From Fonticula-like sp. SCN 57-25 (taxonomy: Eukaryota): 64,000 nt of DNA. Position 1 is the stretch's first letter; each line of letters begins with the position of its first letter. The notes under the pieces are model-generated. The model was not told where the DNA came from, searched no databases, and saw nothing but the letters and a program-made list of their open reading frames with translations. Location of the stretch: assembly GCA_001724245.1 (NCBI GenBank), contig MEDX01000005.1:1-64000 (forward strand), given 5' to 3'. Below are positions 41,080-51,207 of the stretch, one piece after another. The position numbers were made by a program, and so were the translations under genes.

Positions 41080-41911
41080 CTACAAATGCCGCTTGGCGAT
41101 CGCCCGTACCTTGGCGTCAAAGTGCTTGCAGTGGATGACGTCATCGGGGTCGTGGAAGGGGTTCATGAGGACCTTGATGTAATTCTCGTGAACCTCGGAC
41201 ATGAACGCGCGAATCCCGTCATCGTTCTTCTGATCGTGAAGAAGCATGAACCGCACGCCTGCGCGCATGGGGGTCAGTAAGACGAAACAGAAACAGAATG
41301 AAAATAAAAGGCGTTTGGTTACACTTGAAAGCACAATGACGGGGGGCTGAAAGAAGCCAAACACAATGATTCATGGGTCACTAATAAACGGCTCCGTTCG
41401 CCTCAAATAGGGCGGCTCTGATCGCCTCGCCTTTTGACGCAAGCATATAAAAATACACACAAACAGGTACACACATACGCCCTCTCCTTAACCGCACAAT
41501 GGCGCACCTGAGGGGGTCACTGAAGCAGAAATATACCACTCGTTGAACCGGTCCACCGTTTTGAGGTTTCTGAGCGTCAAGTTAGATCAATCTGCACAGG
41601 ATGCCCTGACAACATCTTTCTTTCCCTTTCCCTCTCTCCTCTAACGGTTCCCGCGTCACCGTGGCGTACGTTGACGTGCTGCTCCACATAAACTCGTCCA
41701 CCAGATCGAGTGTGGCATGGACAATGAGTTGGTGATGCCACCTCGCGTCATCCCTCGTCTGCGCCGAAGGTAGTTATAGTTCCATAAAAAACCTAAAACC
41801 AAACCGTACCTTTTCATTCAATTTGGGCGCCGGTGCCAGCTCCAATTCGTACATTGGGTTATCCTTTGTGCCTACTACTACAAAATAATACGTCCCATTG
41901 CTGGACGCCAT
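41080..41911 (-). CDS. TRAPPC2: TRAPP subunit Sedlin/Trs20
   Basis: YYFVVVGTKDNPMYE, LKTVDRFNEWYISASVT, RFMLLHD..DDGIRAFMSEVHENYIKVLMNPF. Confidence 0.95.
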
Positions 41912-42214
41912 CGTTCCCTGATCCACAACACTGCTCTGTCCTGATTGGATGTTTGCAGTTTGCGTGAACTGCAGTAAGTGAATCTGAAAGGGTTGTAACA
42001 GGGGCTTTTCGAAAGGACACTTTGCTGCATTGCGAGGCTGCATAAATACGCCAAAATTGCCTTTGTGCAATACAAATTTGCCAGAGAATTTGCCTGTCAC
42101 CAACTGAAATACAACAAACAAGTGCGTGGGGTGGTGAATGTCGTGTCAAGCAAAGAGTAATATATTGGTAACAAAAAACGACTGCTATGTACACTGTTGA
42201 TACACCTTTGGACA

Positions 42215-42968
42215 TTAATGTTGCCCCTGCTGCCCTTGCCCCTGCCCCTGCTGCTGCTGCTGCTGCTGCTGCATCTGCTGCTGGAACATGGCGATCATGT
42301 GCGGCGGCATTGGCGGCATCCCCGGCGGCATCCCCGGCGGCATCGGCGGCACACCATGCGGCATCGGCGGCACACCATGCGGCATCGGAGGAACACCATG
42401 CGGCATCGGAGGCACGCCCGGCGGCATCATCCCCGGGGGCATCCCCTGAGGGAAACCGGGCGGCGGCGGCATGCCCGCGCCAGCCGGCGGCATGAAGGGG
42501 AACGGGGGCCTCGGCGGGAAGCGGCCGAGCGCGCTGGGCGGCGCCGGCATCGGGGCGCGGTCACTGTACGAGACGCGGTCGCCCGCGCGGAAGCCGCCGC
42601 CGCGCCCGCGACGCGCACGGGACGACAGACGACCATCCTCGGACGGCGGCATCGGGATCTCGTCAATGATCGTGCCTTCGGGCAGGAACTGCGCATAGTA
42701 GTTGCGAACCGCAAGCTTGTGCTTGTAGCCAGAGTTGTGGTCTTTGCGCACTGACAGCTTCTCGCGCGTCAGAGGAATGTCGCAGTAATCTGCAAAGGAG
42801 ATGTCAGCGGCGCGGAAAGCAAGAGGAAGTCGAGGGAAAGGCACGCCAATGAAAACAGACACAAGCGTGCGAATGAAATTGTCAAACGCAACGAAAACGG
42901 TGGACACGCAATAAAGACACAAGAGGTGAATGGGGACAAGGCAGCGTACCGCATATGTACTTTCCCAT
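42215..42968 (-). CDS. SNRPC: U1 snRNP protein C (divergent zinc finger; Pro/Met-rich tail)
   Basis: Spliced [38 protein letters not shown] followed by PPGMMPPGVPPMPH repeats. Confidence 0.85.
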
Positions 42969-43096
42969 GGTGATCACGCAGGGATCTTGCCCTCAGAGTC
43001 CAACAGAGATGTGACGTCACAGCCGATTAGTGACGTCACATACAATCTGTGCCGTGTGCTGTGCTGCTCTGCCTTGGCTCGGCGGAGTGATTCAAG

Positions 43097-44723
43097 ATGA
43101 GCGAGGTGTGCCGCGAAGAGCTGAATGAGGTGAAGGAGAGCGCGCAGCTCCCAGCGCTCGTTCGCCACTGGGATGTCGCATACAAGGTGATGACGCACCA
43201 GAACAACAGCCAGTTGTGCGGCATCTCGCGGACACTCGACGGGCGGTACATTGCGCTTGCATCGACCGCGTCAAACGTAATCGTGCTCGACACACACGAC
43301 CACCTCAAGGTCGTTGCGCAGCACGGCACTCCTGGATGGGTACGTTTGCGCGGGATAGAGATTTGAAGCGCGCACAGGGATTGGCAGGGAACTGTTTGCG
43401 ACCTTTAGGGGTTTAGCGTTGTGTGTCATGTGTGCATGCCATTCTATTCGTTTGAATGGATTGGGCACTGGAAGAGCAGTGTGAAACGATACATGACGAC
43501 TTTTGCGCAGTGTCGACTTGTGCTGGTTTTTGCCGCGTTGCGTGAACATGCAGTGTATCTATGCTATGCTGTATGCAGCACGCTGACGCTCATTCCGTGT
43601 GCGCAGTGGACGTCGGTTCCCGTGACGGTGACTCTCGAGAGCCTCCTGATTGGCTCCGCACTGCAAGGCGGCCATGTCGCCAGCGGGCCGACCGGGGTGG
43701 TCAATGAAAGCGGCGGCAGTGGTGTCGTGGCTGCGCTCTCGCCTGCTCGCGAAACGAGTTTGCTCTCCGAACGTACGTGTCACTGTTGTATCATTGCTGG
43801 TTGTGATGCTGCTGTATTTCTCGATGTATTGTGCCCAGTTTTGTCATTCTATGTTGATTTTTTAAGCTATTTCAAGCTGTTTTATGTCGTATTTCTGCAC
43901 TTTATGTTGCCTTGCTTGTCTTTTTCTCTGACTTGTCCGCGCAGCCTCTTCTCCGCCCCCCCCGCCATCTTCCCTTTCGCAGGACGCCCTTGCCGCCGTG
44001 ACGCAGCTTCGCGCAGACCTTGCCCTTCTTGAGCGTGAACAGCAGCACCTGAGCCGCTCGTTGTCGCTGCTCGACACGCACCTTCAGCTCGGCCTCGCTC
44101 ACCTTACTGCGGCGGACCTGGCGCTGTGGCTCGAAGATCTCGACCTCGTTCGCATCCGCCCGCAGGTATTGCGCCGCGGCCTCGCCGGGCCCGACCTGCT
44201 TACAGCGACGGCGTCGTCGCTCAGCGACGGGACCGCCCTCTGGGCCGCGCAGGGCAGCCACGCGGCTGGCTCGAACGGCGCAACCGTCGACAGCATCCCG
44301 TACGGCGACGCGGCGGCGCTCCTCCTCGCCGCCCACGTGGTCCATCACGGCCACGCGGCGCCGCCGGACGCGCTGCTGCCGGCCCACGTGGGAATGCTGG
44401 CGTGGCGGGCGGACGCCGTCGCGCGCTGGGTCGCTCGCGCGGGTGCGCCATGGAGTGATGATATCATCAATGGAACGGAGTTGGCCACGTGGACGGGTGC
44501 TGCGCTGTGCAGTGCGGACGCGCGGCGGGTGCGACGGGCGGCGGGCGGCCGTGTGAGCGACGCCGACGCAGAGGCGCTCGTTAGGCGCGTCGCAGAGATG
44601 CGCGCAGCAGAGGCCGAGGCGGGAATTGCGCAGGGATGGACGGCCACGTGGACGGCCGAGGAGCCGATTGTGGGAGCCGACGGGGGCGAGGCGCGCCCGC
44701 CAGAGCCGATCGAGTTTATCTGA
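43097..44723 (+). CDS. Hypothetical multi-exon protein (WD-like beta segment, coiled coil, SAM-like helices)
   Basis: GC-rich exon blocks 43097-~43340, ~43607-43773 and ~43983-44723 bounded by GT/AG; DLALWLEDLDL...GPDLL resembles a SAM domain. Confidence 0.5.
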
Positions 44724-45027
44724 GGATTTTTGATTGCGTGTACGATAGCGTGTACGAGTGTCTGAATAATGCTTCATGTACTACTACTATGGATAATGTT
44801 ATTTATTGCTGTTGTTTTACGGTGAGGCTGCGGCCGCCGACATGGTGTATCTATTGATGACTGAATGAATATGCGGCATAACCTGAAATGAATGCATGTC
44901 AAACGAAACACACGCACGTGTCGCACGTAGAGGACCATTAATGGAGGCAAGAATGGATTCGTTGCAAACACAATAGAGAAATGTAGAGATAACGATTGAA
45001 TACCGATTGATTATCACGACAACGATC

Positions 45028-46564
45028 TTACGCGCGCGACTTGAACATGCTGCGCCATGCATCGTCGTCCATTCTGGCGTGCTCAAACGCGGCGGCCAGC
45101 GGCGTCACGCTGATCTCCTTCCTCGCGAGCGCCCACGCGTCGGTCCCGTCGCTCGCCTCCGTCGAAAGAAGGCGCGTCACCTGCGACGTGAAGCGGTACT
45201 GCGGCGCGGCGTCATCGCCATCCTGGTTCGCCTGCGCAAACAGAGATCCGTATCTGTGATGACGTCAGTCATGATGAAAATCAGAAGAGGGACGCACTGG
45301 TTCCGCAGGATGGACGTGCGATGGACCGGGAGCGTGGCAGCGTCCACACCGGGGAAGACGGGCACGTTGATGTTAAAGAGGTCGACGCCCGCGGGCCAGT
45401 TGTGCCACAGGCGGTGGATAAGGTCGACCGACGCGCGGCAGGCTTCAACAACATCCCTGTGCAAGAAAGGAAAAGCAAAGGAGAACAGCGTGTTAATATC
45501 AGGCCAAGTACGGATAACATGCCGTGTCCAGCAAGCACAAAAAACACCAATATATCTGCGTCAAGCAAACTGATACAAAACGCGACAAAACAAACACTTG
45601 ATATACAGCTGCTACACATGTCTGCGCCGCTGTTTCGCACCTTTCGGTGTACCCGACCTCCTTGTACATTGCAAAGCTGATTGCGATCGCGCGCTTGCCG
45701 CACAGCGCGGCCTCCATCGCGCCGCCAATGGTGCCCGACGCAAGCGTGAAAATGCTAGAGTATGGACAATGGCATGAATCAAGGCCATTCACCTGATCAG
45801 TTTGCGGTTTCGTGATCACAGCGATGCGCACGATGCAGAATTGCGACCAAAGTTGGGCCCGCTGATGACGAGGTCAATGTCCTTGTCCTTGAGCATGTGG
45901 AAAAGCGCAATGTTGACGCACGTGGCCGGCGGCGCGTCGAGCAACGTCATGACGGTGCCCTCGGTCACCTGATTGGACGCAGCAGCAGCAGCAGCAGCAG
46001 CCTCGTCCGCGAGCGGACGCCCGTTGCCGCCCGCCTCCGGCGCATCCGCAATGTCTGTGCTGATGTGATCCGCCATTGTACTGAGCGTGCTCGTCGTATT
46101 GGCCGGGTCTATTACGTGGTGCCCCGTCCGCGGCCGCTTATTGGCCGCCTCGCCGTCGTTCGCGGAAGCTGCCGGGTGGTCGGCCGTGATGGCCTCGTCG
46201 CTGCAGCGATAGTAGCTCGTCGACACTACGTTGCGGACCTGGTGCGCTTTGCTGATCCACGACTGCTGGTGCCGGGGGACGCACACAAAGCGGCGCTCGC
46301 GCAGGGACGACACGAGGGAGGGCGACGCGGCGGAAGAGGACAGCGAGGGGTCGGCCGTCAAAGCAGCACGAGCATTGAACTCGTCAATAGCAGCGAGAAG
46401 AGGAAGAACAAACGGCGAGTCTGATGCCGGCGGACCATCGTCGTTGGTCAGCAGTAGGGTCGGCAGTCCGCCCGCTGTGGAGCGCCGCCGTCAGTTCAAT
46501 TGCCGTGGGAGAGGGCGTGCATGGAGATGTCCGCACCAGGGGAGGACGATAGGGGACGCGACAT
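45028..46564 (-). CDS. SurE-family nucleotidase/phosphatase
   Basis: LLLTNDDGPP, PRHQQSWISKAH, PATCVNIAL, DLVISGPNFGRN, SGTIGGAMEAAL, TDAWAL..ISVTPL. Confidence 0.9.
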
Positions 46565-47101
46565 TATCAGCGCGCGGGATCCCAGGGCGATGCGGCGCAG
46601 GAGATTGACCGGTATTGTCTTGAAGAAAAAAGAAAAAAAAAGAAGAGACGCTCTAGACGCGGCGTCGCTGCTTCAGACGAGACTGGGAAAGGACAGACCC
46701 CAGCCTCACTTTTGAGACAGAACAATGGCGAGGACAAAAAAGATCCAGACGACCAGAACAGAGATAACCACCAGCTGTGCACGAAAAGCATGTCAGTGAG
46801 GCAGCAATAAAGCGAGGAAATGTATAGAATAAGTGCGCAAAGAAGCAAAACATCCAGCCAAAAGTGTTGAATCCCACGACGCGTACCTGGACTCGCCAGC
46901 AGCTGCGCTCCCTCTGCTTCCTCTTCTCCCTTCTCGCTCTGTAGTTTGCGCTCCTCTCAAGAGCGCTCAAACGCGTATCGTCCTCGCTGTCGCTGCTGTC
47001 GCTGCTGCTTCCGTCGACGATCGCCTCAAAGCTGCCTTGAGCGTTGCCGATCTGCCGGTTGTTTGTTGTTGATCTTGCCCCTCCTTTTGCTGACGAGGTC
47101 G

Positions 47102-47660
47102 ATGGCATCGGGGTCACGTCGCGGTCTGAGCAAGGCGCCGATGCGTCGCACGCTTTCCACTCTTTCGCAAAAGAGTCTGACGCGGAGGACGGACTCGCTG
47201 CTCTACCTCAACTACGTCGCCTTTGTGCAGCGGATGGCCAAGGCGGCCGAAAGCAGCGCGGCCGCGAGGAGGGCAAAGACAATCACCATCGACGACATGC
47301 AAGCCGCGGCCAGGGTACGCACCGGGTTCGGCACAGAGCGGGCAGAGGGGCCTTGGAAGGGAGAAGAGTGTGTTTAGGAAGTGCTGGTGGGGAAGAGAAG
47401 GGACGCCTTTGTTCTTGCAAGGAAAAGGCACCATGCCGCGCTGCATGCTCGACCCCATCAGCGCGACCGTTATTGTCCCCAGCATCTGCTTTTAGTGCTG
47501 TATTCGTTTTGGGCCATTGTTTTGCTCGTTCTTTTTGTCCATTTTTGCTGCCGCATAGAGCAGACGGCGATATTCATTCCTTTACTGTGGCCATTGTCCT
47601 CTCTAACGGCCGATCCGACAATAGGAGATCCTGCCGCAGTTCAAGGCGACCACTCTTTAG
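47102..47660 (+). CDS. CENPW: Centromere histone-fold protein CENP-W (2 exons)
   Basis: TDSLLYLNYVAFVQRMAKAA...TITIDDMQAAAR|EILPQFK parallels the CENP-W pattern DLLVHLNCLLFVHRLAEES...AAAKVILKK; donor 47315, acceptor ~47624. Confidence 0.72.
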
Positions 47661-47976
47661 ATTCACACCTTGTTCCCCTACTATTTTGCATGTCCGCCTG
47701 CTTGCTGGTGCCCGTAGTCTATTGAGGCGCGCTTGACTGCCTTCCTCGTTGACGGTGTGCCCGCTGCTGACGGCGGCATGTTGTACTTGATACCGTTTGT
47801 ATTTTTTGGCGCGCTTTTTTGTGCGACTCTTTAATGTGCCCTTTCCTTTCCTTTCGGTTCCCTTTTGCGAGTATTAATGTTGAAAACGACAAAATGCTTC
47901 CTTTGTTGACGAAAATAAAGAAATGATGCCTACATGCTAATGTGCGACACGATCGCTCGCTCGTGTGCGCATAGGC

Positions 47977-48748
47977 CTACGGCTGCCACGACGGGTCGAG
48001 GGTGAACGCGTGCCTGCAAATCTTCCACTCACCGTTCTCCGACTTGCAAAACTCCCACTCGCAGAGGGCGCTCGCGAGGACCTTTGCGGGCGGCTGCTTG
48101 CCGTCAAACATGACCATGAGCGTCTTGGCGGTCGCGCAGCAGTTGCCGCGCATGTCCACGATCGGGTTCAGGCACGCATGGCGCGAGCCCGAGGAGCGGC
48201 GCAAATGGCCCTGGATAAGGTGGCGGAGCTCGTCGGAGCCGCGCGCTGCACAAAACGTTAGCTGCCAACCATCCAGGGGAAAAGCGATATCGAGAGAAAC
48301 ATACAAACGTCATAGGGCACAAAACATCAAAATAATGGGAAAAGGTGTCTCTTAAGAAAATGGAAGCAAGCAAGCAAATGTATGGGCAGCCCAATGCCTC
48401 AGCCCACCACGGTACTGTCCCCGCAAGGTTCCCTTCCCCTGTCCCATAAGGCGCACCCTGAGATCTGTTGGTGCGGAACTCGCCGTCCTTGGACCAGAGC
48501 GCAAGCCACGCCTCGACGTTCTGCGTGTCAAAGTAGTGGTAGTACCTGTTCATGACCTCCTGGATGCAGACCTTTTCGGCGGCGCACAGGGCATGGTCCA
48601 CCTGATGCTGGTCGTCATGCTGGCCCTTCGCCTGATGCACAGGGCAGGTGCGGCAGACGCCCGCCGTGCCAGTCTTTTCCTGATTCACCGAAGATGCGCC
48701 CGACGTCGCGCCGGGTTGCGTCACCGCTGACTGGGGAAACGACGACAT
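47977..48748 (-). CDS. SnoaL-like (NTF2-fold) protein
   Basis: IQEVMNRYYHYFDTQNVEAWLALWSKDGEF...RHACLNPIV...GEWKI; one intron. Confidence 0.75.
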
Positions 48749-49351
48749 GGATCTTTTTCCTTGCTTTGCTCAAGATCAACCGCCCGAAAAAAAGCAATCA
48801 GCGAGAAGTTGCAGCGAGGGCAGACGCAGAGAGAGAGTGTCTCAGAGACAAGCAACGCAGTGCGCGCGCAGAGGGGCACGCGCGGGAAACAAAAGGGGCC
48901 GCCGCGTCATTGTACGCTAACTAACGCGCCGCAATTAAAATTGGAATACGTAACTAGCACGTAAAGCGAGGGGGTTCCCTGCCTTCTCCTGGCCAGAATC
49001 GCTTAGCATAACAAACGCCCTGATGCACTGTCAGCGTTTGCGAAATTGATGTTTGTCATATCATACCGGTATTGGGCCATAATGAGGTGTCTAAACCCCC
49101 GTGATGGCTGCTGCAAGCAAACAATAACATTCTTGCAAAACAATTTCTTCCAATTAGCCAAATGTAATGCGAATTGATGCGATACTGGTATTATTATTAT
49201 TCAAATAATGTCTGGAACAAATAATTTACGAATGCACACAGATACTTTCTCAATGTCCCCACCGACAAAGGGGAACATAGTACATATTAACATAAAACAT
49301 TACATAAAAGCATCAAACACAAAGCAAAAGCTTTATGAATCTCTGCATTTT

Positions 49352-50611
49352 TCATTCTGATAGTGCGGGCTCATTCACGCGGGGATACCTGCTGAGCCAC
49401 CCCCGGGGGTCTCCATTGAGCTCGATGGCAAGCTGGCGGTATCGCTGAAGCAAGTCGGTTCGGGCGAGAAGGAAAAGGGTGGTTGGATGATAGCTAAAGT
49501 GAACAACCAACGAACTGGTCACCGCAACACTTTCGCAGTCCTCATCCTTGGTCCATATCGCCGTCATTACATTCTCGTCATCATTGTGATACGACCCGCG
49601 GTACTGGTTCGTTGGCAGCTCGATCTTATCGACAATCTCCTTTGTCAGCGCAATAAAGTTGATTGACCAGCGGTTGTGCTTATTTTCCACGAGGTGAGGT
49701 TCCTCCGACACTCCGAGATTATGAAGCGCGATGTCGGGCGGGCCCTTGTACAGCTCGAGTCGGTCCGGTTTACGGACATTGCGCAAAAAGTTTTCGTGCA
49801 CAACAAGCGCGCACATTGGCGACCAGAAAGAACAGTTGCCATACGCGTCGTTTTCATAGTAGAAAGTCGGCAACGCTTGTTCTGCTTCCATTGGAGGGGC
49901 CTCTGCCGTGAAGGGCTTGCGCATGTCACGAGGGTCCGACGGGTACAACGGAATCATGGCGCCGTGCTTTTGGTGGAAGTTACTCAGGCGCGTGTGGTTA
50001 ATCACATTTGCCGAAAACAGACATTGCGACGGAGTGGCGTTGAGTTGCGCACTGACGAGGTCGTGAATGGCATTAGGCGACATGTAGACAATGTCATCGT
50101 CCAATTTGATGTAGACGCGCGAACTGTCGTCAAATGCCTCATATAGTGTAGTAAACGGAACAAACCGCCCATAGTCAACCATGGAATACTCTGGCGTCAT
50201 TGACACCGCCTCAGCAACGTGATTCACGACGTTATCTCGCTCGCGAAGGTTCATGAGAAACACGACATTGTCCACTACGCCACCATTCACACGCAGCGAC
50301 TTGAGCAAGTACGTGTCCAGGATCTCGAAAAAGGGGCTGCGACAGCAAAAAACAATGGCTGTCACCGCAACGTTGTCTATATCGACCGACGAACCAGAGA
50401 TCAGCGGTGAACCACCACCACCTAGCGCCATCTGCATCGACCGCCCTCCCGCGTCGTCCAGCGAAAGACCTTGAAACATCCATGCTCCATACAGCAGCAG
50501 CACTGCAATATTAAAGAGCGAGGCCACAACAAGGGGCACGCGACATTTCCTGCTAATATGCAGCCCTCCGCTGCTCGTAGTCGCGAGAACCATACTCACC
50601 CCTCGTCGCAC
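49352..50611 (-). CDS. Type II membrane glycosyltransferase-like protein, intronless
   Basis: N-terminal TM helix, YIKLDDDIVY DxD motif, SANVIN, RWSINF, VVHFSY. Confidence 0.7.
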   Translation of the reverse strand: MRRGVSMVLATTSSGGLHISRKCRVPLVVASLFNIAVLLLYGAWMFQGLSLDDAGGRSMQMALGGGGSPLISGSSVDIDNVAVTAIVFCCRSPFFEILDTYLLKSLRVNGGVVDNVVFLMNLRERDNVVNHVAEAVSMTPEYSMVDYGRFVPFTTLYEAFDDSSRVYIKLDDDIVYMSPNAIHDLVSAQLNATPSQCLFSANVINHTRLSNFHQKHGAMIPLYPSDPRDMRKPFTAEAPPMEAEQALPTFYYENDAYGNCSFWSPMCALVVHENFLRNVRKPDRLELYKGPPDIALHNLGVSEEPHLVENKHNRWSINFIALTKEIVDKIELPTNQYRGSYHNDDENVMTAIWTKDEDCESVAVTSSLVVHFSYHPTTLFLLARTDLLQRYRQLAIELNGDPRGWLSRYPRVNEPALSE

Positions 50612-51207
50612 GCTTCAACACACAATGGGTTCGCAGCAAGATAAAAAAGACCTCAAAGCAAATAGATTCTCTCGCTCGCTCGCACCAACCAAGCACCGGA
50701 GAGTGTGGAGAGCGTGGTATGCCACTGCCTTAGCGCCTCCCAGGCTGGGCCCGCTTCACCGCGCACTACCGCCCCACCACGGCTTTCTCGGGACTCCTTT
50801 ATGAGATGGCCTTTTTCGCCCACTTTCCAGAACATCGAATCGGGTGGGCTGTTGGGGGTACATTTCCTTTTTTGGTCAATGAAGAATAGGGAGGCGTTCA
50901 AAAATAACCCTCAGCATCAAAAGTGTCCATACACCGGTTTAGATTGTATTTCAAACATAGGAAATTGTATGATCCGAGTCTGCCGAATGAGACGAAAATC
51001 ATTTGGCAACTGTGACAAGGTTGCGGCAGTATTGTGACAGGGTAGTGGCGGGAATGCTCTGTGCTTCGCTACGGCATCGCTAGAACCGATTGACAAGCAG
51101 TTGCCGAGAAAATAGAAAACAAAGTAGCTTGTGTGCCGGTGCGATAAGTAGTAAAGGTTTGATTTTGTCGGTGGGCGTTCATCTTTGGCTCTCTGCCAAC
51201 CGGGACG

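Noticed and set aside
42300..42450. 21-bp tandem repeats and a His/Arg-rich plus-strand ORF
   Set aside because: Explained by the GVPPMPH repeats of the U1C tail on the minus strand
46879..46976. Two ACGCGT (MCB-like) hexamers upstream of CENP-W
   Set aside because: The hexamer is common in this CpG-rich sequence; not distinguishable from chance
46653..47117. Minus-strand ORF with a Ser/Asp-rich, basic stretch and a GTACGC donor
   Set aside because: Its start overlaps the CENP-W start; more likely 5' UTR or promoter of the SurE gene, no family signal
49012..49046. Hairpin with CTGATG...GAAA resembling a hammerhead ribozyme core
   Set aside because: Core reads CTGATGC rather than CTGATGA and the required three-stem arrangement is absent
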